Source: Alphaproteobacteria bacterium
GTDB lineage: Bacteria; Pseudomonadota; Alphaproteobacteria; UBA828
Direction: 5' to 3'
DNA length: 64,000 nt
NCBI GenBank assembly: GCA_963422645.2
Contig: CAXXVO010000006.1
Coordinates: 1 to 64,000 of the forward strand
Part shown: positions 31,469-41,079 of the stretch, in pieces
Numbering within the stretch: the first letter of the stretch is position 1
How the letters are laid out: the number at the start of each line of letters is the position of its first letter
Program-made: the position numbers and the translations under genes
The notes under the pieces: model-generated
Told to the model about the DNA's origin: nothing
What the model saw: only the letters and a program-made list of their open reading frames with translations
Database searches by the model: none

Positions 31469-33295
31469 TCAGGATGCCCGCGCGTGCGCCCGTGCGGCGC
31501 GCCGGCGGGCATGAGGGTCGAGCAGGCGCTTGCGAAGGCGGATCGACGCCGGCGTCACTTCCAGCACTTCGTCGTCCGCGAGATAGGCCAGCGCGATCTC
31601 GAGCGGCATCGGCCGCGGCGGGCTCAGGCGCACGGCATTGTCCTTGCCGGCAGCCCGGATATTGGTCAGCTGCTTGCTCTTCAGCGGGTTGACGTCGAGG
31701 TCCTGCGGCCGCGTGTGCTCGCCGACGATCATGCCGCCGTAGACAGGCATCCCCGGCTCGACGAAGAGCGCCCCCCGCTCCTCCAGGTTCCAGAGCGCAT
31801 AGGCGACCGCTCTGCCCTCGGCGCTTGAGATGAGCACACCGGTCTGCCGCCCCGGAAGCGGCCCCTTGAAGGGCGCGTAGCCGTGAAAGAGCCGATGCAT
31901 GATCGCCGTGCCCCGGGTCACCGTGAGCAGCTCGCCGTTGAAACCGATCAGGCCGCGCGAGGGGCCGTGAAAGAGAGCGCGGAGCTTGTCCCGTCCCGAG
32001 GGCCTGAGCTCGATCAGCTCCGCGCGGCGCTCGGCGAGCGCGGTCACCACGTCGCCGACGAAGGCTTCGTCCACATCGATCTGGATTTCTTCGATGGGCT
32101 CGAGCGGCGCGCCACCCTTGGGGTCTTCGCGCATCAGCACCCGCGGGCGGCCGATGGAGAGCTCGAAGCCCTCGCGACGCATCGTCTCGATCAACACCGC
32201 GAGTTGAAGCTCGCCGCGGCCGGCGACCTCGAAGGCGCCGTCCTCCGCCATGCCGTTCACCTGGATCGCGACATTGCCCTCGGCTTCGCGTGCGAGGCGT
32301 GCTGCGATCATGCGTGAGGTGAGCTGCGTTCCCTCGCGTCCCGCGAGCGGCGAGTCATTGATCGAGAACACCATTGCGATCGTCGGCGGGTCGATCGGCT
32401 CGGCCGGGATCGCGGCGCAGTTCCCGGAAGCAGCGACGGTGTCCGCCACCGAGGCGGTCTTGAGGCCCGCGAGCGTCACGATCTCGCCGGCCCCTGCATG
32501 CTCCACCGGGATTCGCTCCAGCCCGCGTGCGCGTAGCAACTTGGTGAGGCGGGCGACCTCGACCACGCCGCCGTCCGCGCCGAGCACTGTCACGGTCTGG
32601 TTCGCCTCCATCTCGCCGGAGAGCACGCGGCCGCTCACCAGCCGCCCGAGAAAAGGGTCGGCCTCAAGCAGACTGATCAACATGCGGAAGGGTGCATTCC
32701 GATCCGTGGCAGGCGCCGGCACGTGCGCGATGACGGTTTCGAAGAGCGGGGTCATGTCAGCCCCGGCGGCGGCCGCATCGCGCGAGGCCCAGCCGTCGCG
32801 CGCGGAGCTGTAGACGAGGGGGAAGTCGAGCTGCTCCTCGGTCGCGCCCAAGGCGTCGAACAAGTCGAAGACCGCTTCGTGCACGATCTCGGGCCGGGCG
32901 TCCGCGCGATCCATCTTGCTGACGGCCACGATCGGCCGCAGGCCGAGCCGGAGCGCCTTGTCGACCACGAATTTGGTCTGAGGCATCGGACCCTCGGCCG
33001 CGTCCACCAGGACCAGCACGCCGTCGACCATGCCGAGCACGCGTTCGACCTCGCCGCCGAAGTCTGCGTGGCCGGGGGTATCGACGATGTTGATGCGCAC
33101 GCCGTGCCAGTCGATCGCGGTGCACTTGGCCAGGATCGTGATGCCGCGCTCGCGCTCGAGTTCGCCGCTATCAAGGGCGCGCTCCCGCATCGGCTGGTTC
33201 GCCCGCACCGTGCCGCTCTGGCGCAGCAGAGCGTCGACCAGGGTCGTCTTGCCGTGATCGACGTGGGCAATGATGGCAATGTTGCGCAGGTCCAT
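31469..33295 (-). CDS. typA: Translational GTPase TypA/BipA
   Basis: [55 protein letters not shown]. Confidence 0.97.
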   Translation of the reverse strand: MDLRNIAIIAHVDHGKTTLVDALLRQSGTVRANQPMRERALDSGELERERGITILAKCTAIDWHGVRINIVDTPGHADFGGEVERVLGMVDGVLVLVDAAEGPMPQTKFVVDKALRLGLRPIVAVSKMDRADARPEIVHEAVFDLFDALGATEEQLDFPLVYSSARDGWASRDAAAAGADMTPLFETVIAHVPAPATDRNAPFRMLISLLEADPFLGRLVSGRVLSGEMEANQTVTVLGADGGVVEVARLTKLLRARGLERIPVEHAGAGEIVTLAGLKTASVADTVAASGNCAAIPAEPIDPPTIAMVFSINDSPLAGREGTQLTSRMIAARLAREAEGNVAIQVNGMAEDGAFEVAGRGELQLAVLIETMRREGFELSIGRPRVLMREDPKGGAPLEPIEEIQIDVDEAFVGDVVTALAERRAELIELRPSGRDKLRALFHGPSRGLIGFNGELLTVTRGTAIMHRLFHGYAPFKGPLPGRQTGVLISSAEGRAVAYALWNLEERGALFVEPGMPVYGGMIVGEHTRPQDLDVNPLKSKQLTNIRAAGKDNAVRLSPPRPMPLEIALAYLADDEVLEVTPASIRLRKRLLDPHARRRAARAHARAS

Positions 33296-33506
33296 GGCCG
33301 CGCGGCACTCCTTCGCTGCGGTGGGTGCAGTCGATGGAGACGCGCCCTCCCGGATCGGGATGTCGGTTATATAGCAGACGCCACGCAGATCGACAGTGTC
33401 GGGCGGAATCGGGACGGTCGAACCCTGGCACCCTGCCGCAAGACTCCTGGCATTGGCGCGAATAGAGTGAATTGCCGTGGGTTCGGGGGATCGGGGCGAG
33501 GTTGTG

Positions 33507-34718
33507 ATGCGAGGCAGTGCCGGCAAGCCGCTGTCGTGCCTTTCCAACCGGGCTGCCAGAAATCTGTTCCTGGACCGGCACGGCCTTGGGCGCCCGCCGC
33601 AGGGAGAAGGTCTCACAGGGCTGATCGAGCGGCTCGGCTTCGTCCAGATTGACAGCATCGCCACGGTCGAGCGCGCCCACCATATGATTTTGGCCTCCCG
33701 GCGCAGAAGCTACCGGCCGCAACAGCTCGACGACCTGCTGGAAGGGCGGCGAACTTTGTTCGAGCACTGGACCCACGATGCGTCGGTCATCCCCATGTCG
33801 TTCTATCCCCATTGGCGGCTGCGCTTCCGCCGCGACGCCGAAATGTTGCGGGCGCGCTGGCGAAAATGGCGCCGGGCAGGGTTCGAGGAGCGTCTCGACG
33901 AGGTGCTGGAGCGCATCCGCGAGGGCGGACCCGTCATGGCGCGAGAGCTCGGCGGCGGCCGACGGCGTGACGTATCCGGTTGGTGGGACTGGCACCCGTC
34001 GAAGACGGCGCTGGAGTTCCTCTGGCGCACCGGCGCGCTCGCCATCGACCGGCGCGAGGGGTTCCAGAAGGTCTTCGACCTGGCCGAGCGCGTGATCCCG
34101 GCCTCCTTCCGCGCTGCCGTGCCGGACGATCGGGAAACGCTGGACTGGGCATGCGCGAGCGCGCTCGACCGGCTCGGCTTCGCTTCCGCCCGAGAGATCG
34201 CGGCCTTCTGGGACACGGCCTCCCTCGACGAGGTGCGGTCCTGGTGTGCCGCCCGGGACGCCGGCGAGCTGGTCGAGGTCGCGGTGGAAGGCGCGCGGCC
34301 CGGCGAGGCTCGCCACCTCTTCGCGCGTCCCGACATAAGCGAGCAGGCCGAGCGGGCGCCGGAGCCACCAGCCGGAGTGCGTGTGCTCAGCCCCTTCGAC
34401 CCGCTGCTGCGCGACCGCAAGCGCGCCCAATGGCTCTTCGGCTTCCGCTATCGCATCGAGATCTATGTGCCGGAGGAAAAGCGCGAATACGGCTACTACG
34501 TCTTCCCGCTGCTGGAGGGCAACAGGCTGGTCGGGCGTATCGACATGCGCCGCCGGGAGGGCCGGCTCAGCGTGCGGGCGCTCTGGCCCGAGCGCGGCGT
34601 GCGCCTCGGCAAGGGGCGGCTCGACCGCATCGGGCGCGAACTCGACCGCATCGCCCGCTTCTGCGGCTGCGACGGCCCGGTGTTCGAGAAGGGATGGATC
34701 AGGGAGAGCCGGGAGTAG
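33507..34718 (+). CDS. YcaQ/AlkZ-like winged-helix DNA glycosylase (crosslink repair)
   Basis: GFVQID (QxD), FEHWTHDAS, LSPFDPL, YRIEIYVP..KREYGYYV. Confidence 0.88.
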   Translation: MRGSAGKPLSCLSNRAARNLFLDRHGLGRPPQGEGLTGLIERLGFVQIDSIATVERAHHMILASRRRSYRPQQLDDLLEGRRTLFEHWTHDASVIPMSFYPHWRLRFRRDAEMLRARWRKWRRAGFEERLDEVLERIREGGPVMARELGGGRRRDVSGWWDWHPSKTALEFLWRTGALAIDRREGFQKVFDLAERVIPASFRAAVPDDRETLDWACASALDRLGFASAREIAAFWDTASLDEVRSWCAARDAGELVEVAVEGARPGEARHLFARPDISEQAERAPEPPAGVRVLSPFDPLLRDRKRAQWLFGFRYRIEIYVPEEKREYGYYVFPLLEGNRLVGRIDMRRREGRLSVRALWPERGVRLGKGRLDRIGRELDRIARFCGCDGPVFEKGWIRESRE

Positions 34719-34788
34719 CGGGCGCCGTCCGGGCCTCTACGAAGCCCGCTTCATGGTCCCGTTAGGTCTGATCGCATGAAGGGTCGGA

Positions 34789-34856
34789 GCCGATCGGCGC
34801 GCTAATCCATTGATCTTGCTGCATTGCGGCGGGTCGAAGAGGCGCGCCTAACAACA
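34789..34856 (+). mobile_element. MITE copy F (left end lost)
   Basis: GCCGATCGGCGCGCTAATCCATTGAT...GGCGCGCCTAACAACA. Confidence 0.7.
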
Positions 34857-34921
34857 CCCATGGCTCAATCGCCCGCGAACGCGATCAATCGCCCGCAGAC
34901 GAGTGCTCCCAGCCAGCAAAC

Positions 34922-35149
34922 CGTTGAGAGGATGGCGTGACCGATCAAGCGGGCGCGCGGGGCATCCTTGAGCAGGAACCCGTGGGTCCAGCACAGAGCG
35001 AGCGTCGACAGAACCCCGACCGCAATGAAGGCCAGCTTGAGCTGCAGGAATCCCACGCCACTGTATTCCTGGGCCCGGACCGAGAAGAGCAGCGGTCCCG
35101 TGAGCAGGGCAAGGATCAGCCCACCCGCCGCAACGGGGGCGAGCACCCG
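34922..35149 (+). repeat. 228-bp target-site duplication, left copy
   Basis: Identical by eye to 37073-37300. Confidence 0.92.
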
Positions 35150-35271
35150 CCTGACTTCGACGGTTGGGCCGGATTTTGGCTGATCTCCCGTCTGGAGTTT
35201 TCTGCAAAGACAATGACTTAGAAGTTGCGGTGCGGTCAAGCCGCTTTGTAGTGCCTAGTAGGTATATGTGG

Positions 35272-35300
35272 TTGTCGATACCCCCGCCGCGCGCTACACT
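35272..35300 (+). promoter_or_regulatory. Sigma70-like promoter, probably giving a leaderless transposase mRNA
   Basis: TTGTCG-17 nt-TACACT, 6 nt upstream of the GTG start. Confidence 0.55.
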
Positions 35301-35306
35301 TTCCCC

Positions 35307-36962
35307 GTGTTCGTTCGCATCAAGACCACGCCCAACAGCCCGCGACGCTCGGTCCAGCTCGTCGAGGCCGTGCGCGACGGCGGCAAGGTCCGACAGCGCA
35401 TCGTTCGCCACATCGGCGTGGCCATGGACGAGGACGAGCTCGAGCGCCTGAGGCAGCTCGGCGAGTACGTCAAGGCGAAGCTGGAGGACCAGCGCCAGCC
35501 TTTGCTGTTTGCGCCCGAGAAGATCGCAGACCAGGTGATCCGCGTCGGACGCCAGGGCGACGGCAAGCAGGAACTCCCGGTCGATCTCAAGCAACTCGAA
35601 GAGGAGCAGCGCCTGATCACTGGCGTCCACGAGGTCTACGGCGAGATGTACCGCCTGCTGGGCCTCGATGCGCTGCTGCCGCGATCGCGCTACCGGGCCT
35701 CGCACGACGCGCTGTTCCACGTGGTGATGGCACGCATCGCCAACCCCGACAGCAAGCGGGGCAGCGTGCGCCGGCTCGAGGAGGACTTCGGCGTGAGCCT
35801 TCCCCTTGAGAAGGTCTACCGCATGATGGACCAACTCGGCGCGACCGTGATCGAGCGTCTGCGCACGCAGGTGGGCGAGGCGAGCCGATCGCTGCTGCCG
35901 GAGCCGGTCGCGCTCCTCTTCTTCGATTGCACCACGCTCTACTTCGAGACCGCGGTTGAGGACGAGCTTCGCCAGCACGGCTTCAGCAAGGACGGCAAGC
36001 ACAAGGACTCGCAGGTCCTGCTGGCATTGATGGTGACGCGCGAAGGGCTGCCGATCGGCTACGAGGTCTTTCCCGGCGCCACCTACGAGGGGCACAGCCT
36101 GGTCCCGGTCTTGCAGGACATGCAGCGCCGCCACCAGGTGGAGCGCACGGTGTGCGTGGCCGACCGGGGCATGCTGAGCGCCGACAACCTCGACGCCATG
36201 GACACGATCGGCGGCGAGTACGTCGTCGGCGCGCGGCTGCGCAAGCTGCCGCTCGCGCTGCGGAAGCAGATTCTCGACCCGGGCACCTATGCCCCGCTGG
36301 AGGGCCCGGAGAAGCGCCGGGTCGGCGAATGGGAGCACAAGGGCCGGCGCCTGATCGTCGTCTTCTGCCCCGTGCGCGCGCGCACGGACGCACACGAGCG
36401 CCGCAAGCAGGTGGAGCGCCTGCTCGACAGGCTGGCCCGCAGCGACAATCCGAAGGAGCTGCTCTCCAATCACGGGGCGAAGCGCTTCATCGCCGTCGAG
36501 GGCGAAGCCCGGCTCACGGTGAACCCGGAGAAGATCGCCGAGGCCGAGCGATGGGACGGGCTCGCCGGCGTCATCACCAATCTGCGCGACGCCAGCGTCA
36601 CCGAAGTGATGTCTCACTACCACGGGCTCTGGCAGGTCGAGGAGAGCTTCCGGATCACCAAGCACGACCTGCGGGTGCGCCCCATCTGGCACTGGAACCC
36701 GGACCGGATCCGCGCCCACATCGCCATCGCCTTCATGGCCTTCGCCTGCGTCCGCCACCTCGCCTACCGCGTCGCCATCCAGAAGCGGCGGATGTCCCCG
36801 GAAGTCATCCGCTCCGCCCTCGTCCACCGCCAATGCTCGGTCCTGCGCTGCCGCCAATCAGGCAACCGCTACGTCATCCCCTCCAAGCCGACACCGGCGG
36901 CGGAACAGATCTATGCGACCATGGGGCTGCCCCTGACGATCACCCCGTACCAGCTCGACTGA
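35307..36962 (+). CDS. IS1634-family transposase
   Basis: FFDCTTLYFE, GFSKDGK, VADRGMLS, LWQVEESFRITKHDLRVRPIWHW. Confidence 0.93.
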   Translation: MFVRIKTTPNSPRRSVQLVEAVRDGGKVRQRIVRHIGVAMDEDELERLRQLGEYVKAKLEDQRQPLLFAPEKIADQVIRVGRQGDGKQELPVDLKQLEEEQRLITGVHEVYGEMYRLLGLDALLPRSRYRASHDALFHVVMARIANPDSKRGSVRRLEEDFGVSLPLEKVYRMMDQLGATVIERLRTQVGEASRSLLPEPVALLFFDCTTLYFETAVEDELRQHGFSKDGKHKDSQVLLALMVTREGLPIGYEVFPGATYEGHSLVPVLQDMQRRHQVERTVCVADRGMLSADNLDAMDTIGGEYVVGARLRKLPLALRKQILDPGTYAPLEGPEKRRVGEWEHKGRRLIVVFCPVRARTDAHERRKQVERLLDRLARSDNPKELLSNHGAKRFIAVEGEARLTVNPEKIAEAERWDGLAGVITNLRDASVTEVMSHYHGLWQVEESFRITKHDLRVRPIWHWNPDRIRAHIAIAFMAFACVRHLAYRVAIQKRRMSPEVIRSALVHRQCSVLRCRQSGNRYVIPSKPTPAAEQIYATMGLPLTITPYQLD

Positions 36963-37072
36963 CCGCCGACGAAACCCGGCCCGGTCTCGCAGCGCCGCCG
37001 GATGTAGTGCCTGGCCGGAAATGAGAACCGGCCAATTTCAAATACTTACGCGAATCAACCGTCGAAGTCAGG

Positions 37073-37300
37073 CGTTGAGAGGATGGCGTGACCGATCAAG
37101 CGGGCGCGCGGGGCATCCTTGAGCAGGAACCCGTGGGTCCAGCACAGAGCGAGCGTCGACAGAACCCCGACCGCAATGAAGGCCAGCTTGAGCTGCAGGA
37201 ATCCCACGCCACTGTATTCCTGGGCCCGGACCGAGAAGAGCAGCGGTCCCGTGAGCAGGGCAAGGATCAGCCCACCCGCCGCAACGGGGGCGAGCACCCG
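37073..37300 (+). repeat. 228-bp target-site duplication, right copy
   Basis: Identical by eye to 34922-35149. Confidence 0.92.
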
Positions 37301-37504
37301 CACCACCGCCTCGCGAGAGATGCCGCGCCACACGTCTAGAAGCCGCAGGTTGAGCGGAACGACGGACCCGATCAGCAGGGCGATTGCAAAGATGTGCGCG
37401 GCGTTGACGGCGGCATAGCCCCAACGGGAACCCCGCAAAGCCTGCGCCAGGGCCGTCCCCTCGAGCGCCGCGAACAGGGCCTCCAAAGTCTCAGTCGCGC
37501 CCGG

Positions 37505-38130
37505 CGTTCCTGGAGACCCAGGTCACCGGCCGCACGCCCTTCGATGATTTCCGCGACGCCTTGGCGCGCGACGATGCGGCCAGTCGGGCCCGCTATCCCG
37601 CCGCTGCCGCGCGCGGCCTGCGCCTCTTCATCGGCCGGGGCAACTGCGCCTTCTGCCATTTCGGCCCGGCCTTTACCAACGGCGAGTTCGCCGATGCCGG
37701 CGTGCCGCATTTCGTCGAGCCCGGCCGGGTCGATCCCGGCCGGCACGGCGGCATTCGCAAATTACGCCAGAGCCCGTACACCCTACTGGGCCGCTTCAAC
37801 GACGATGCAGGGCGCTCCACCGCCGCCAAGACCCGCTACGTTGACCTGCGCCAAAGCAACTTCGGCGAGTTCCGGGTGCCGGGCCTGCGCAACGTCGCGC
37901 TCACCGCGCCCTACATGCATGCCGGCAGCCTCGCGACGCTCGCCGACGTGGCCCAACACTATTCGACGCTCGACGAGGAACGGCTGCACGCCGGGGGTGA
38001 ACGGATTCTGCGCCGCCTGGACCTGAGCGCGCGCGAACAGGCCGATCTCGTCGCCTTTCTCGAAACGCTGACGGAAAAAGAGCCGCTCCACGAATTGGTA
38101 AAGAAAACCGGCAACGCTGTATGCCCATAG
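37505..38130 (+). pseudogene. C-terminal fragment of a diheme cytochrome c peroxidase/MauG-like protein
   Basis: TPFD, GLRLF, CAFCH, FRVPGLRNVALTAPYMHAG; the N-terminal heme domain is absent. Confidence 0.85.
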
Positions 38131-38238
38131 TCAAGGCCCGACCCCAGGTGACAAGCCCCCACTGATTGGTCCAGTTGGAATATAAGTGCACTGATGGTTG
38201 GACTCGCCCCCGATGTTGTGTTGTTAGGCGCGCAGTTT

Positions 38239-40797
38239 CAGAACTCCTGACATTACGCTGGTAAGTGATTGAATCATTGAGAATGTTTTGGGAACCGCCG
38301 GCCGACCTTCGTAATGTCAAGTGTTGAGGCGAAAAGATGCGGGACGAGCGGCAGAAAGAAGCGGTCAGAATAGCAGGGTATTCCAACTAATGTCAATGAT
38401 ATGGGCGCTGTAAAGGGGCCTCGTAGTGAGCAGCCGAACTCGCTTACAATGCGCGGCAAAGGGGCACAACGCGGTTCAGGAACATAGCCGATGCAGCTTC
38501 AGTTTCCGCTGTGGCCGGAAAACGCCATCGTCATCTCCGAGACGCTCGCAATGGTCGAAGAGGACGGAAGGGTCGTCTTTTTCAACAGCGCGGGCCCGAT
38601 CTTCACCTATGCCGAAGACGATGCCCTCGGGAAACGCCACGCAATGGCGATGCTCACTGCACAGCGTCTGGTCTCAGCCGAAGCTCTGGCAAGGGCGATG
38701 GGTGTCAGCGGGCAGACCGTCCGGCGCAATCGTGACAAGTATCTCGACGGTGGGCTGGAGGCGCTCATCGCGAAGCCGCGTCCAAGAAAAGGATACAAGC
38801 TGGCCGGGGCCGAGCTCACCCTGGCACAGGAGCTGCTCGACGCAGGTGCGAGCGTGTCGGCAACAGGGCGTGCCGTCGGGGTCTCGGAAGGGTGCGTCAG
38901 GGCGGCGATCAAGACCGGCAAGCTGGTGCGGCCGGGCAAGCGGACGGCGCGAGGAGGCAAGGGTGCCGGGCCGGCGCAGGGTTCGGTTGCAGCTGCACCG
39001 GCGCCGGGCGCTCAGCGAACGGAAGCGCCGGTATCGTTGTCGCTCCCACAGGGCATCCTGGAGACCGGGCCGGGACCGTCGCTGCGTTCGGCGGCGGATG
39101 CGCAGTGCAGCGCCGGTGTTGCCGTCAAGCGGATTGAGGAACGGACTCTGGCGATGGCCGGCCGCCTGACGGAGGCGCCGATGCAGGTGCAGGCGGCGGA
39201 AGCGGTGCCGGGAGCCGGTGTGCTGCTGGCGCTGCCGGCGGTGCTGGATCAGGGCCTGTTCGCGGCCGGCGAGCAAGCCTACGGCCATCTCAAGAAGGGC
39301 TTCTTCGGTCTGTGCAGCGTGCTGTTGTTGCTCACCTTCATGGCGCTGCTGCGGATACGCACGCCGGAGCAGCTCAAAGCCCATGCGCCGGGCGAACTCG
39401 GCCTGCTGCTCGGCCTCGACCGCGCGCCGGAGGTGAAGACCTTGCGCCGCAAGCTCGCGGAAATCGGCGCCATGGGCAAGGCGCGCCACTTCGCCGATGC
39501 GCTGGCCCGGCGTTGGGCGCGCCCCGAGGCGCTGGGCTATCTCTATGTCGACGGCCATGTCCGGCCCTATCATGGCCGCAAGTACAAGATCCCGAAGACC
39601 TGGTCGCCGCAGCGTCGGCTGTGCATGCCGGCGACCTCCGATACCTGGGTGAACGACGCGCAGGCGCAGCCCTGGTTCTTCGTCACCGCCGAAGCCAATG
39701 ACGACCTGCTGTCGATGCTTGAGAACGCGGTTCTCCCGAAAATCCGCGACGAGGTCGGCGCCGGGCCGCGGCCGACCGTGGTGTTCGATCGCGGCGCCTG
39801 GAGCCCGGCTGCCTTCCAGCGCTGGTCGATCGCCGGCTTCGACATCATGACCTATCGCAAGGGTCGCTACGCCCCCTGGCCACAGCAGGACTTCGTCACC
39901 GTTGTCGATCCGAGCGGCCGGCAGAAGGCAGGCAAGCCGATGACCTGGAAGCTGGCCGAAAAGCCGCTCGCGCTCAGCACCGGGGGCGGTGACTCTCTGA
40001 CAGTGCGCGAAGTTCGCAGGCTATGCGACAACGGCCACCAGACCTCGATCGTGACCACGCGCACCGACCTGTCGACCGGCGCCGTCGCCGCCCGGATGTT
40101 CGCGCGATGGCGGCAGGAGAACTACTTCAAATACATGCGCCAGGAATACGCCCTCGACCATCGGTGCAGCTATGCCGCAGAAGCCGCAGACCCCGGCCGC
40201 CCGATGGCAAATCCTCAGATCAAGGCTCTGGAGAAAAGCCGGAAGATCGTGAAGAAGGCGCTCGACAAGCTTCGCATTCGCTACGGCGAACTGCGCGACC
40301 GGAAGCCGAGCGATCCGGACCTGCCGGACATCAGGGAATGGATCGGCGAGTTCGACCGTATCCTCAAGGAGATCCGGGCCGGGAAGAGAGCCTTGCCGAA
40401 GAAGGTGTCGGCCAAGACCGTGATGGACGAGGCGGACATCGTTCGTCTCGAGATCGAACGCAAGCGCTTCACCGACCTGATCCGCATGATCGCATACCGC
40501 GCCGAGAGTGCGATGCTGCCCATGATCGCACCGCTGTTCATGCGCGATGCCGAGGAGGGCCGCACTTTCCTCAAGGCGGTCTACCAGCTTCCGGCCGACA
40601 TGATCCCGCGACCCGAACGACAGATACTCATCCTCCGCTTCCACTCCATGGCCAACCCGCGATTCAACCGCGCTCTCGCTCATCTCTGCGAAAATCTCAC
40701 CGCCGAATCGCACCTCTATCCGGGAACGCAACTCCGATTCGTCTTCCAGCCCCCGGCTCTTTCCGCCATTTGAAATTGCACCATGTCAGGAGTTCTG
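38239..40797 (+). mobile_element. Complete IS with 15-bp TIRs and 5-bp TSD (AGTTT)
   Basis: CAGAACTCCTGACAT / ATGTCAGGAGTTCTG; AGTTT at 38234-38238 and 40798-40802. Confidence 0.92.
38491..40773 (+). CDS. 760-aa DDE transposase with N-terminal HTH domains
   Basis: YVDGH, VVFDRG and RWRQENYFKY (D-D-E), enclosed by the TIRs. Confidence 0.9.
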   Translation: MQLQFPLWPENAIVISETLAMVEEDGRVVFFNSAGPIFTYAEDDALGKRHAMAMLTAQRLVSAEALARAMGVSGQTVRRNRDKYLDGGLEALIAKPRPRKGYKLAGAELTLAQELLDAGASVSATGRAVGVSEGCVRAAIKTGKLVRPGKRTARGGKGAGPAQGSVAAAPAPGAQRTEAPVSLSLPQGILETGPGPSLRSAADAQCSAGVAVKRIEERTLAMAGRLTEAPMQVQAAEAVPGAGVLLALPAVLDQGLFAAGEQAYGHLKKGFFGLCSVLLLLTFMALLRIRTPEQLKAHAPGELGLLLGLDRAPEVKTLRRKLAEIGAMGKARHFADALARRWARPEALGYLYVDGHVRPYHGRKYKIPKTWSPQRRLCMPATSDTWVNDAQAQPWFFVTAEANDDLLSMLENAVLPKIRDEVGAGPRPTVVFDRGAWSPAAFQRWSIAGFDIMTYRKGRYAPWPQQDFVTVVDPSGRQKAGKPMTWKLAEKPLALSTGGGDSLTVREVRRLCDNGHQTSIVTTRTDLSTGAVAARMFARWRQENYFKYMRQEYALDHRCSYAAEAADPGRPMANPQIKALEKSRKIVKKALDKLRIRYGELRDRKPSDPDLPDIREWIGEFDRILKEIRAGKRALPKKVSAKTVMDEADIVRLEIERKRFTDLIRMIAYRAESAMLPMIAPLFMRDAEEGRTFLKAVYQLPADMIPRPERQILILRFHSMANPRFNRALAHLCENLTAESHLYPGTQLRFVFQPPALSAI

Positions 40798-41079
40798 AGT
40801 TTGGGCGCCGATCGGCGTGGTAAGGCGTTGATTCTCAGCAATTCTGAAGGGTCAAAGGGCGATACCGAATAACACCCCGACGACGAGTGGACGAGATACA
40901 AGATGGGGGGGGATTCTCTCGACGCACGTCATGCGAAATGAGTGATTGTGCGGCGATTGGGTACGATCCCGTCCGTTCGGATAGCACTCTAGGTCTCGCG
41001 ACGCACACGGCATATGCTGCGCCGCCGGCCAAGGCGGCGGCGGTCGGCCGCAAGAGCAAGAGCGAGGGAACGATCAACA

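Larger units (their letters stand above)
35150..37072 (+). mobile_element. IS1634/IS1549-type IS
   Basis: Perfect 17-bp TIR CCTGACTTCGACGGTTG / CAACCGTCGAAGTCAGG; GTAGTGCC subterminal motifs. Confidence 0.93.
34865..37486 (-). pseudogene. Four-TM membrane protein gene (156 aa reconstituted) interrupted by IS1634
   Basis: 37486-37073 joined to 34921-34865 restores ...GHAILST/VCWLGALVCGRLIAFAGD*. Confidence 0.8.
38219..40874 (+). mobile_element. MITE copy G, split by the IS at 38239
   Basis: 38219-38238 plus 40803-40874 rejoin to exactly 92 bp: TGTTGTTAGGCGCGCAGTTTGGGCGCCGATCGGCG...AATAACA. Confidence 0.85.
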
